Part shown: positions 9,560 through 18,944 of the stretch, piece after piece
Position numbering within the stretch: position 1 is the stretch's first letter
How the letters are laid out: every line of letters starts with the position of its first letter
Assembly (NCBI GenBank): GCA_043821365.1
Contig: JBDRCX010000002.1
Location: 128,001 to 192,000 of the forward strand
DNA from: Candidatus Micrarchaeota archaeon
GTDB lineage: Archaea > Micrarchaeota > Micrarchaeia > Anstonellales > Bilamarchaeaceae
Reading direction: 5' to 3'
Length of the DNA: 64,000 nt
The notes under the pieces: generated by a model
What the model saw: the letters and a program-made list of their open reading frames with translations, nothing else
Told to the model about the DNA's origin: nothing
Database searches by the model: none
Position numbers and translations under genes: made by a program

Positions 9560-9970
9560 ATGAAGTTGGATGAAATTGATGAGAAAATCCTTTCAATCCT
9601 AAAATCAAATTCAAGAACTTCAAATGTGCAGATTGCAAAGCAAGTTAAATTAACTGAGGGTGCAGTGAGAAACAGGATTGAGCATCTTGTAAAGAACGGA
9701 GCAATAAAAAGTTTTACTATTGAGATTGGCACAGGCAGCTCTTTTTTTGCTATAGTAATGCTTAAGGCCAAACATGAAACAAAAAAAATGATGGCAGAGA
9801 TTAGTGAATCAAAAATTGCAAAAGATTCCTATGAAATATCTGGAGATTTTGATGGTTGTGCAATAATCGAAGGGAATGCGCTTGAAGAAATCGATTCAAA
9901 AATAGACGAATTAAGAAAATTGAAGAATGTAAATGACACAAAAACATTCATATCCCTTAAACGCTGGTAA
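9560..9970 (+). CDS. Lrp/AsnC family transcriptional regulator (single unit)
   Basis: LDEIDEKILSILKSNSRTSNVQIAKQVKLTEGAVRNRI wHTH; EISGDFD RAM motif. Confidence 0.95.
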   Translation: MKLDEIDEKILSILKSNSRTSNVQIAKQVKLTEGAVRNRIEHLVKNGAIKSFTIEIGTGSSFFAIVMLKAKHETKKMMAEISESKIAKDSYEISGDFDGCAIIEGNALEEIDSKIDELRKLKNVNDTKTFISLKRW

Positions 9971-10858
9971 TTAGTGTTTATGAGTTACTTCGTGTTCTAA
10001 CATATGGCACGTTTCTTCACTTTTGCAACTACACCCAACCGGCTCGAATTGTATTGTGCAATGAGTTATGTTGTATTTCTGTTTAAGGTTTTCTTCTATT
10101 CTCAATTGGATTTTCCTCAATTTAAGCAGGTTCCTTTCCTTTACTTCAATGTGCATCATTGCAAAAACAAACTCAGAACAGGTTCTCCATACATGTATAT
10201 CATGCACTCCATGAACACCAGCAACTCCCAAAGCTGTTTTTTCAATTTCTTCTGTACTGGCTCCATACGGTGCAGATTCAAGCAATATTGATATTGAACT
10301 CCTCAGAATAGTATATGCGCTGAAAAGTATCAAACCTGATATGAGTACGCTTGCTGCAATATCTATTGCATACTGCCCAGTCATCATTATCAAAATAGCA
10401 CTTATAATTACCCCAACAGATGAAAGTGCATCTCCAGCAGCATGGAGGAATGCACTTCTCACATTCAAATTTTCCTCATGCTGAAGATGATAAACAACAT
10501 AAAGATTCCCAACAAGTCCAATAATAGAAGTGAATAACATCGGGATACTGTTTATTTCGTATACTGTTCCGTATCTGTGATATGCTTCATATAAAATTAC
10601 CACTGCCATTACCACAAGTAATATTCCATTGAATAATGCAGCAAAAACCTCTGTTCTGTGGAAACCAAATGTTCTTCTTGCAGTTGGCAATTTCAATGCC
10701 AATCTCATTGCAAGTAGTGAGGCTCCTATTGCTATCAAATCAGAAAAAACATGTGCGCTGTCACCCAACAATGAAAGGCTGTTTGAGTAATACCAGCCGC
10801 AAAGCTGAACAATCAGAACTATCAAGCTTACAACAAATGCCTTTTCCAATTGCTTCAT
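9971..10858 (-). CDS. Cation diffusion facilitator (CzcD/ZitB-like) transporter
   Basis: SLSLLGDSAHVFSD, TFGFHRTEV, NVRSAFLHAAGDAL, VHDIHVW and HCTIQFEP; His-rich tail. Confidence 0.95.
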   Translation of the reverse strand: MKQLEKAFVVSLIVLIVQLCGWYYSNSLSLLGDSAHVFSDLIAIGASLLAMRLALKLPTARRTFGFHRTEVFAALFNGILLVVMAVVILYEAYHRYGTVYEINSIPMLFTSIIGLVGNLYVVYHLQHEENLNVRSAFLHAAGDALSSVGVIISAILIMMTGQYAIDIAASVLISGLILFSAYTILRSSISILLESAPYGASTEEIEKTALGVAGVHGVHDIHVWRTCSEFVFAMMHIEVKERNLLKLRKIQLRIEENLKQKYNITHCTIQFEPVGCSCKSEETCHMLEHEVTHKH

Positions 10859-10862
10859 ATTT

Positions 10863-11804
10863 TCACTTCATATAACTACTTGCCAAATTAATGTATTTTG
10901 TAATTCTTTTTTTACTATCCTCGTTTTTATTCTGGATCCATTCAATTGCAGCTATTTTTGCCCTTACATTCGCTCGATAGCATTTGAAAAGATTAAGTAA
11001 TGTGCTAATCTCTTTATCTCCGGTTAATCGTATATATTCATCTACAAATATTTTGCTCAAATCTTCTCTTCCAAAAGCATCCAAGTCCATTGCTAGAAAT
11101 GCAATATCATTGGCCATGTCTATACATCTGAAATCTTTGTTAAATTCGATACAGTCAATTATCTTTATTTCATTTTTATCAAAAAATATATTGCCAGAAT
11201 GCAAGTCACCATGACAATCTTTTACTTTGCCATCTTTTTTTCTCTTTTCTATTTTTTCTTTGTTATTCTCAATGAATTTCGCACACTCAACAAGTATAAA
11301 CTCAACTTCCATTCCAAGCCCAGCTGACTCATCAATTGCACTTTTAAAATTGTCCAAATCATTTATTTGTTCAGCTATTATTTTCGGAGAACCGTATTCT
11401 CCCTCTACTATCTCTGTTTTTCCATGAAAATCAGCTATAATTTTTGCTATTTTTTTAATGCCTTCTTCATCTATTTTATTGATAATAAGCAGTTCATCCA
11501 TCCTATCATTCAATTTCTTCATTTTCACTGCATATTCAATTATTTTTCCTTTACCATCAATGGCTGGTTCGTCAGTAATCTCACTAACTCCTAGGTAAAC
11601 ATCCGGTGCTAATCTTCTATTTAATCTAACTTCTTCATCACAAAAAAACTTTCTTTTTTCCAATGTTGTAAAATCCAAAAATGAGAATTTCAGTGGTTTT
11701 TTTATCTTATAAACTTCCTCATCAATCAAAATCCATGAAATGTGAGTTTCCTTTAGTTGTGTTTTCGATGCAGTAATAAGTTTTTCTAATACTCTTTCAT
11801 CCAT
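10863..11804 (-). CDS. Aminoglycoside phosphotransferase/kinase-like protein (COG2187 type)
   Basis: ETHISWI, YKIKKPLKFSFLDF, EEVRLNRRLAP, DCHGDLHSGNI and IIDCIEFN. Start placed at ATG 11804 after a GGTGA SD. Confidence 0.88.
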   Translation of the reverse strand: MDERVLEKLITASKTQLKETHISWILIDEEVYKIKKPLKFSFLDFTTLEKRKFFCDEEVRLNRRLAPDVYLGVSEITDEPAIDGKGKIIEYAVKMKKLNDRMDELLIINKIDEEGIKKIAKIIADFHGKTEIVEGEYGSPKIIAEQINDLDNFKSAIDESAGLGMEVEFILVECAKFIENNKEKIEKRKKDGKVKDCHGDLHSGNIFFDKNEIKIIDCIEFNKDFRCIDMANDIAFLAMDLDAFGREDLSKIFVDEYIRLTGDKEISTLLNLFKCYRANVRAKIAAIEWIQNKNEDSKKRITKYINLASSYMK

Positions 11805-12303
11805 CTTCGTCACCTATAAATTCCAATACTCTAGTAATGTTATTTTTTACTGGTAATGAGGAGTCAATATGTATGTGTTTCTCCTTAATTGGTTGAAATT
11901 CTTTTCTTAATTTTAAATAAACATTAAAATCTGCATCACTTAAACTATTCTTTCTCCGTTTCAATCGTTTTCTTGTTTCTTCTTCTGAAAGTGTGCATAC
12001 TATAATGTACGCTTTTGCGGATGCTTGTTTTGCAAGTTTTAAGAATCTCTTACGTTCTGATTCAAGATAAAAAGTCGCATCAACTATGACATTTCCATCC
12101 ATATCTAGTGATTTTTTAGCATGTTCGGCCATCCTATCGTATATTAGTTTTTTTTCTTGCTCTGAATATGTTGGTTTCTTGATTATTTTTTTGCGTATTC
12201 TATCACTACTTAAGTAAATTAGTTTGGAAGAAAATCCATTTACTAATCTTTTTGCAAAGCTGCTTTTCCCACTCCCAGGCAGACCGCAAATGATTATAAG
12301 CAT
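11797..12303 (-). CDS. AAA_33 / gluconate-kinase-like P-loop kinase (COG0645 type)
   Basis: CGLPGSGKS Walker A, SSDRIRK, VIVDATF and SDAD motifs. Confidence 0.9.
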   Translation of the reverse strand: MLIIICGLPGSGKSSFAKRLVNGFSSKLIYLSSDRIRKKIIKKPTYSEQEKKLIYDRMAEHAKKSLDMDGNVIVDATFYLESERKRFLKLAKQASAKAYIIVCTLSEEETRKRLKRRKNSLSDADFNVYLKLRKEFQPIKEKHIHIDSSLPVKNNITRVLEFIGDEDG

Positions 12304-12366
12304 GTTCCATAATAGGTCTATTAAATTTATTAACTAACTTTTAGTGGCTAAACTTTTGGTGATACT

Positions 12367-13578
12367 ATGGATTTTGATATTATTATTATAGGCGCAGGTC
12401 CGTCAGGTTCAAGTTGTGCTTCTTTTCTATCAAAGGCAGGCAAGAAAGTTCTCCTTCTTGATCGTGCTAAATTTCCAAGAGAAAAAGTATGTGGAGATGG
12501 TATTAGTGGAAGATCAGTTGCCGTTCTTCAGGAACTAGGTATTCTTGATCTTTTTGATGATGTTGAGCACGAAGATATGTTCGGAGTCACATTTTCATCT
12601 CCGAATGGTACTGTTGTTCCTGTTTCTTCGAAAGGCAAATCAAAAAAACCACCTGGATTTGTGTGTAGGCGTGAAGTATTCGACAATATTGTTTTTCAGC
12701 ATGCAAAATCTCTTTCAACAAAAACCATAGAAAATTTTATTGCCCAAGATCTTATTATTGAAAATGATTATGTTGTTGGTGTAAAAGGTACACACAATGG
12801 TAAAGAGATGGAATTTAGAGCCAAAGTTATTGTTGGGGCAGATGGTGCTGCTGGTATAACTGCAAGAAAACTCAATGCAGTAAACACTGATCCTAATCAC
12901 CAATGTTCTGGTATCAGATGCTATTATGAAGGGGTGGAAGGGATGGGGGATAAAATAGAACTCCATTTCGTAAAAGAGGCAATTCCAGGATATTTTTGGA
13001 TTTTTCCACTCCCGGGAAAAAAAGCAAATATTGGAATGGGGATGATGGTTAGGGATATCAAAAAACACAAAATAAATTTGCAAAAGGTGATGTTTGATAT
13101 AATTGAAAGCAATCCTACTTTCAAATGGAGATTTGCAAAAGCTAAAAAAACAACAGAAGTAAAAAGTTGGCTTCTACCTTACGCAACAAAAAAAGTAAAG
13201 GCAGCTGGAAATGGCTATGTTCTTGTTGGTGATGCATCCTCATTGATAGATCCTTTTACTGGTGAAGGAATAGGGAATGCACTTACAAGTGGTAAACTGG
13301 CAGCAGAAACAATAATCCAAGCATTCAAAACAAATGACTTTTCAGAAAAATCACTTTCCGAATATCAAACCCAACTCTTCAGCCTGATCGAAGGCGAAGT
13401 AAACTCAAATTATAGAATGCAAAAATTATCTAACAATCCATTTTTGCTTAATTTAGTTATAGGAAGAGCAGCAAAAAGTGACTATGTTAAAGGAGTAATA
13501 TCTGATGCCCTACTTAACCCTCAAGATCATGCAAAACTAGTTGACCCGTTATTTTTTGTTAAAGCACTTTTCCTCTGA
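12367..13578 (+). CDS. Geranylgeranyl reductase family FAD oxidoreductase
   Basis: GAGPSGS, FPREKVCGDG, VGADG, GYFWIFP and VGDASSLIDPFTGEGIG. Confidence 0.9.
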   Translation: MDFDIIIIGAGPSGSSCASFLSKAGKKVLLLDRAKFPREKVCGDGISGRSVAVLQELGILDLFDDVEHEDMFGVTFSSPNGTVVPVSSKGKSKKPPGFVCRREVFDNIVFQHAKSLSTKTIENFIAQDLIIENDYVVGVKGTHNGKEMEFRAKVIVGADGAAGITARKLNAVNTDPNHQCSGIRCYYEGVEGMGDKIELHFVKEAIPGYFWIFPLPGKKANIGMGMMVRDIKKHKINLQKVMFDIIESNPTFKWRFAKAKKTTEVKSWLLPYATKKVKAAGNGYVLVGDASSLIDPFTGEGIGNALTSGKLAAETIIQAFKTNDFSEKSLSEYQTQLFSLIEGEVNSNYRMQKLSNNPFLLNLVIGRAAKSDYVKGVISDALLNPQDHAKLVDPLFFVKALFL

Positions 13579-13630
13579 ACTTACGATTCCTTTGAATCCC
13601 CTTTTTATTTATAATGTTGATTATCTAATT

Positions 13631-14971
13631 ATGAAATTTGATCTTATTGTTATAGGTGCAGGATCAGGTCTTGATATTTCTAGTGCAGCTGCAGCAAAAG
13701 GTATGAAAGTTGCAATTGTTGAAAAGGGTCCAATGGGTGGCACATGCCTTAATCGGGGTTGTATACCCTCAAAAATATTGATTCATTCTGCTGATATTCT
13801 AAAAACAATTAGAGAATCTGGCAAATTTGGTATCGAAGTCGGTAAAATTAAGATAGACTTTCAAAAAATCATGCAACACTCTTTTATAGTCGATCAAGAT
13901 TCTCAAAAGATAGAGCAAGCAATCCTCTCAAATCCAAATCTAACTCTTTTCAAAGGCGAAGGTAAGTTTGTTGGCCATAAAATACTACAAATCGGAGATA
14001 AACAAATAACTGCAGACAAAATAGTTATTGCTGCAGGTACCCGTCCATCTATACCACCAATTGAGAATTTGAACAAAGTTCCATATAAGACAAGCGATCA
14101 AATGCTAAGAGTCGAAAAACTTCCAAAAAAACTCATAATTGTTGGTGGTGGTTATATTGCATGCGAACTTGCTCATTTTTTCGGTACCCTTGGTTCTGAA
14201 GTTACAATCTTACAAAGAAATATTCGTCTTCTTCCAAATGAAGATGAAGAAATTGGGCAGAAGTTCACAGATATTTTTTCAACGCAACACAAAGTGAAAC
14301 TTGGTTTTCCAGTTCTTAAAGTAGAGAAAAAAGGATCTAAAATTTTAGTGCATGGTAAGGATGAAATTGTTGAAGGAACTACCTTTTTCATTGCAACTGG
14401 CAGAACTCCAAATACTGATATTTTAGATGTTATAAAAACAGGAGTTACAACTAATAGCAAAGGATACATAGAAACTAATGAGTTCATGGAAACAAATGTT
14501 GAGGGAATTTGGGCAATTGGTGATATTGTTGGGAAGTATTTATTCAAACATTCTGCAAATCTAGAGGCAGAATATGTTTCCATTGCAATACTAAATCCAG
14601 AACACAAACGTCCTGTTGATTATACTGCAATGCCTCATGCTGTTTTTTCCAATCCACAAATTGCAGGTGTTGGTCTAACTGAACAAGAATTGAGAGAACA
14701 AGGAACAGATTATCTAATTGGCAAATATGAATATCAACATACTGGTATGGGGGAGGCACTGTTAGAAAAAAATGGTTTTGTTAAATTCATAACTGATTAT
14801 GAAGGAAAAATCTTAGGTTGCCATATTATTGGTCCTGAAGCATCAACGTTGATCCACGAAGTATTAGTTTCAATGAAAGCAGGTAAATCTCATGTTAATG
14901 ACATTCTACATACAATTCACATTCACCCTTCATTGAGTGAAGTTGTACAAAGAGGAGCTGGATCAGTTTAA
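13631..14971 (+). CDS. Pyridine nucleotide-disulfide oxidoreductase (dihydrolipoamide dehydrogenase / mycothione reductase family)
   Basis: FDLIVIGAGSG, GGTCLNRGCIPSK redox-active disulfide and HIHPSLSE. Start placed at ATG 13631. Confidence 0.9.
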   Translation: MKFDLIVIGAGSGLDISSAAAAKGMKVAIVEKGPMGGTCLNRGCIPSKILIHSADILKTIRESGKFGIEVGKIKIDFQKIMQHSFIVDQDSQKIEQAILSNPNLTLFKGEGKFVGHKILQIGDKQITADKIVIAAGTRPSIPPIENLNKVPYKTSDQMLRVEKLPKKLIIVGGGYIACELAHFFGTLGSEVTILQRNIRLLPNEDEEIGQKFTDIFSTQHKVKLGFPVLKVEKKGSKILVHGKDEIVEGTTFFIATGRTPNTDILDVIKTGVTTNSKGYIETNEFMETNVEGIWAIGDIVGKYLFKHSANLEAEYVSIAILNPEHKRPVDYTAMPHAVFSNPQIAGVGLTEQELREQGTDYLIGKYEYQHTGMGEALLEKNGFVKFITDYEGKILGCHIIGPEASTLIHEVLVSMKAGKSHVNDILHTIHIHPSLSEVVQRGAGSV

Positions 14972-16215
14972 TTTCTTTTATGTATTATTGAATTTAACAA
15001 TGGCAGTTCACTTACAGTGATGTAAGTTGCATCTGCTGCTTTTCTTATTTCATCTATTGGTACTAAATCTGCAAATACCCTCCCAGTTGCCCTTACTGAT
15101 TCATAATCGAGTACGTTTCCTGCACTGTGTTTTAATTCTCCGGGAGTTAGATCAAGTATTTTTGGTAGATCCTTTACTTCGCATATCCCAGCTCCTAAAA
15201 GTACTAACCTTACTACTTCTCTTGCGGCATTGCTATGTTCATTATTAAGATCCATATTATATCCAAATATCATAGCTAGGCTCATTGTTCCTGGACCATA
15301 TGCAATCTGACTGAGCATTGCAAATGCTTCATCCATCATACTATGAAAATTTAATCCATCTAAAAGATGGTGGGTTTTTTCGTGAACTGCTATTGTTTGT
15401 AATTGTGCATTTGTAATATTAACAAACCAAAGATCCGGATCATGGTGTGCGTGTTCCATAATTGCCTGATAAAACAATTTCCCGCCGAGTATCCCTATTA
15501 ATCCTTTGCGAAGTTGATTTACAAGTTGCGGATTTTGTGATGCTTCAATTAACGATCTCCTATCAATATCCTCAGATCCAATGCGCTGTGACCTTTCATG
15601 GCTATCTCCTATACTATCTACAACCGATGTAGTCAGACCAACAGCTCTCGAAACATCTAAAAGTATTAATGGTTCGCATTCTCCTTCACGGGAGTAACAC
15701 TCACCCATATTTCCAGATCCTATATCAACATAACGAACATACGCATATAATCTAGTATCACCGATTGTTTTTGCTTCATTTATAACAGGGCCAACAGAAC
15801 CTTTACCATCTCCTATTGCTATTCCATTCCTTGCAAACGTCCTATGTATTCTAGTGAGTTCTCTTCCAGTTATTCTTAGCCCAAGATAATTGTCTGTTCC
15901 TCTCATTTGCATTATGGCATTCTCTATTTCGTTTGCTGTTCCTCTGTCTCCACATCTGCTTGCTAACAATGCAACAGCTTCAAGATTTGAGATTGTGTCT
16001 AATACCCCGTTACTTACTATTTTTGTTCTATCTCGCATTAGTTCAAACCCAGAACTTCTTGTCAATGCACCTGTAAATGTTTGTTTTACTTTTGAGAATG
16101 CAATTGCAGCAGGCATCATAGCAGATTGGTATGGGGACATGTGTCCTGCTAAGTCTTGGGGTACATAGCATTTTCTATTTGTTTCTAACCTATTTCTAAG
16201 TCTATTAACTGACAT
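14968..16215 (-). CDS. hypothetical protein with zincin-like HExxH motif
   Basis: IAVHEKTHH followed by DEAFA (candidate third ligand); Arg-rich N-terminus. Confidence 0.6.
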   Translation of the reverse strand: MSVNRLRNRLETNRKCYVPQDLAGHMSPYQSAMMPAAIAFSKVKQTFTGALTRSSGFELMRDRTKIVSNGVLDTISNLEAVALLASRCGDRGTANEIENAIMQMRGTDNYLGLRITGRELTRIHRTFARNGIAIGDGKGSVGPVINEAKTIGDTRLYAYVRYVDIGSGNMGECYSREGECEPLILLDVSRAVGLTTSVVDSIGDSHERSQRIGSEDIDRRSLIEASQNPQLVNQLRKGLIGILGGKLFYQAIMEHAHHDPDLWFVNITNAQLQTIAVHEKTHHLLDGLNFHSMMDEAFAMLSQIAYGPGTMSLAMIFGYNMDLNNEHSNAAREVVRLVLLGAGICEVKDLPKILDLTPGELKHSAGNVLDYESVRATGRVFADLVPIDEIRKAADATYITVSELPLLNSIIHKRN

Positions 16216-16306
16216 TTGCGTGACTAGCCCTCCTTATAATCTGATAATTAGTATGTTACAGTTTAAATATTTTTATGTTGTACGATTTGGCTATTTTTAA
16301 AAAGTG

Positions 16307-16423
16307 TCCCGTCAGCCTGATTTGAACAAGCAACCTGTCGGTATCTACTGGTGTAGATAATTCTCGAAAAAACCGAGTAAATCAAAGCTACAGCCGACCG
16401 CTCTACCGTTGAGCTATGACGGG
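16307..16423 (-). tRNA. trnY: tRNA-Tyr(GTA) with a 45-nt canonical (37/38) intron
   Basis: Acceptor stem CCCGTCA/TGACGGG with discriminator A (archaeal C1:G72/A73 Tyr identity); D arm GCTC/GAGC; anticodon stem GTCGG/CCGAC with CT-GTA-G; T arm GCTTG-TTCAAAT-CAGGC. CCA not encoded. Confidence 0.93.
16343..16387 (-). other. tRNA intron (position 37/38) with relaxed bulge-helix-bulge motif
   Basis: Intron CTTTGATTTACTCGGTTTTTTCGAGAATTATCTACACCAGTAGAT; tRNA positions 32-35 (CUGU) can pair with intron GUAG at n-5..n-2. Confidence 0.8.
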
Positions 16424-16472
16424 ATGAGAAAGAAAAATACTGGGAAGTTTTTATAAAGATACCTTAAGACAG

Positions 16473-18080
16473 TTACTTTTCTATGAACACCGGAGTAATG
16501 CTTAATGGTACTGAATTTGCTGATTTTTGATCTGGATTCTTTATCATCGGACTATTTCCATTCATCTCTGTTACTATGTATGTTATCTCAACAGTTCCAC
16601 TTCCAAGATAACTGCTTAAATCTGTTTCTACTTCACTTTCGTTAAAGTTCCATGCAACATAAACTTCTGTTCCATTTACATCAAATTCAAACAATCTTGT
16701 GTTATTAAAACTAAGATCATCAACATCCCCAATTGTAAAGTCTCCTAGTTTTTCTCTCATTATTTTATAAGTATAATAATTTGGTTTTGTGTCTCTTAGT
16801 GCCATGTGATACCAAGGTCCTGTCCAGTAACCCCCACCTTGATTTCCACCTATCCCCCAATGCTGTCTTTCAAGACCCATCGCAGCACTCATAGCATGGA
16901 ATTTCACTACATATTCAGCATCTTCTTTGTCTGTAGCTGTACCAAAATATGAATCTCCTGCAGGATCATCCGGTCTGTCAGCAGGATTCTTGAATGCTCC
17001 TCCTCCTTCTATGCACCATATTGGTTTTTCATAACCATATTTTTTCATCGTGTCTTTTACATATTCGATTTCCCCTTCCATGAATGTTTCCTTCTCAACA
17101 TAAAGATGAAGATCAACAATGTCAAAATAATCTTTCCCATCTCTAAGTATCTTTTCCCAGCTTTCTTTTCCATTTTGCAATGCTGTACTATTATTTAGTT
17201 GTCCTCTTGTAAATTTGATTCCTTTCCACACCCCAGCATCAGGATCATCTATGTATCCCTCAGAGTAAGCATAAAGTCTCCCAAAATTAGGCATATATAG
17301 TCCAGGAATCATAATCTTTGCATCAGGATTTGCCTGCTTTATGGAAGGTGAGAGTTTCTTTAAAAATGCAAGGTATTCATCAGGATCTTCGGCATGCCAT
17401 TCCTCAACAATGTGGTGAACTCTTACTGAGTATTTTAGACCTGGCATATCGTCAATCCCATCACCATCATAACGTTCAGCGCATGCATTCACAAAATTAA
17501 CAAGATATGGCATTTTCTCATCATTCGGATCAAGTGGATCTATAGTAAGGCCATAGGTTTCTGGACCATTATACTCTCTGTTAAATGCTATGAAAGCATC
17601 ACCAATATTTCCTGATCCTCTTTCCTGCATTATTTCAAGTATTTTTCCTGCGACCTGAGCTCTTACTGCAGGATCAAAACTATTGTAAAGATAGGAATGT
17701 ACAATCGTAATATCAGCGTCTATCTCCTGTAGCCATTTTACTTCTTCATCTAGTTTAGACCAGTCATATACTCCAGGTTCTTTTTCTATTTGGAACCAAA
17801 TCGCATGTGGCTGTAGGGAAGCCCAAGACATACCCAAATCTTTCACATAACTCGTTTCATCTTTGCTTATTATGCTCCATCCAAAGAACATATTCTTGTT
17901 GTCGAATGGATATGGTTTTACTGTTGTATTCGTAATTTGACTTAAATTTTGTGTAGTGTTATTTGTTGAAATTTGGTTTGAAATATTGACTCCAGTTTGT
18001 TGGTTTCTCCCTCCGCACCCTGCCATAAGCAGATTCAACAAAACAAGCGCAATAATCAGCGCTCCAAACTGCCTTGCCAT
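16473..18080 (-). CDS. Lipoprotein glycoside hydrolase, clan GH-A (GH39/GH5-like)
   Basis: Lipobox LMAGC; N/T/Q-rich linker; WFQIEKEPGVYDWSKLD; candidate acid/base HIVEEW; DIVDLHLY; candidate nucleophile PIWCIEGG. Confidence 0.8.
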   Translation of the reverse strand: MARQFGALIIALVLLNLLMAGCGGRNQQTGVNISNQISTNNTTQNLSQITNTTVKPYPFDNKNMFFGWSIISKDETSYVKDLGMSWASLQPHAIWFQIEKEPGVYDWSKLDEEVKWLQEIDADITIVHSYLYNSFDPAVRAQVAGKILEIMQERGSGNIGDAFIAFNREYNGPETYGLTIDPLDPNDEKMPYLVNFVNACAERYDGDGIDDMPGLKYSVRVHHIVEEWHAEDPDEYLAFLKKLSPSIKQANPDAKIMIPGLYMPNFGRLYAYSEGYIDDPDAGVWKGIKFTRGQLNNSTALQNGKESWEKILRDGKDYFDIVDLHLYVEKETFMEGEIEYVKDTMKKYGYEKPIWCIEGGGAFKNPADRPDDPAGDSYFGTATDKEDAEYVVKFHAMSAAMGLERQHWGIGGNQGGGYWTGPWYHMALRDTKPNYYTYKIMREKLGDFTIGDVDDLSFNNTRLFEFDVNGTEVYVAWNFNESEVETDLSSYLGSGTVEITYIVTEMNGNSPMIKNPDQKSANSVPLSITPVFIEK

Positions 18081-18182
18081 ATATCAATTATAAACCACTA
18101 CATTATTTAATGATTAAAATGAGTTTTTCCTCACCTTCATATTCTAGAAATGTTTATAATATCTTGAAATCTATTACTTATT

Positions 18183-18944
18183 ATGACTGAAAGAATGGTT
18201 GAACCAGAACGTGATCAAACTCAAACAAGCAGACGACTTTCTGTAGCTAATGATTTTGTAAGGCTTGCCATAAATATGATTCCAGAATTGAACAAAACTG
18301 GAAAAGTAAGCGCTGACGATATAAATTGTGTTACCCTATTCCAGTATGTTGCAAGGCACATGGAAGTTACTGCATTTTATCATATGAGGCGCCTTGCAGG
18401 TCAACCAACAGAGACACTATCCGATATTGCTGGAGTTAGTAGAACCACCAAGTTTGATTTGGATGATGCAAATCTTAGAACTGGTGATAGAAAATTTTAT
18501 ATTTTCAGAGGCAATGATCTTGATGGAATAAAAAAAGCAGTTGAAACACACGGTTCTGGTCTTGTGATATTTTTTGGACAGCGTTTTGGTCCAGAAGATG
18601 CACGCGAGCGTGCCGAATCAGAAATTAGTATAGTTGATGGTGACAAAACCTATGTTGCTGCCCATGTGGCATTTGCAATGAGTCCAGAATATTTGCATCT
18701 CATATTAGAAGATGAACACTGTAGGGTTAATTTTCAGGAGGGTAGTTCAACTTCTCAAAAAATAGGGTATAAACCTGCCAGTGAAGGTGGATTTGCTTTA
18801 ATACAGGCCCACACAGGTGATAGTGCAGCGACCATAGATGATCTTGATTATTATACAAGCAGGACCTTTGGAAGGTCTGCTTTAATCTTCATCCCTTCTG
18901 AGGAACTTGTTTCTGAGAACCAGACTGTGCTTGCGCAGCGTTAG
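18183..18944 (+). CDS. Divergent NlpC/P60 (papain-like) superfamily protein, no signal peptide
   Basis: Ordered motifs DINCVTLFQYV, GSGLVIFFG, AHVAFAM and LIQAH parallel the DCSG, GDLIFF, HVGIY and MIHA motifs of NlpC/P60. Confidence 0.5.
   Translation: MTERMVEPERDQTQTSRRLSVANDFVRLAINMIPELNKTGKVSADDINCVTLFQYVARHMEVTAFYHMRRLAGQPTETLSDIAGVSRTTKFDLDDANLRTGDRKFYIFRGNDLDGIKKAVETHGSGLVIFFGQRFGPEDARERAESEISIVDGDKTYVAAHVAFAMSPEYLHLILEDEHCRVNFQEGSSTSQKIGYKPASEGGFALIQAHTGDSAATIDDLDYYTSRTFGRSALIFIPSEELVSENQTVLAQR

Noticed and set aside
13541-13630. Long N-terminal extension on the disulfide reductase; similarly the track starts at 56523, 50171, 51249 and 53076
   Set aside because: Upstream in-frame starts overlap neighbouring genes; family alignment begins at downstream ATGs.
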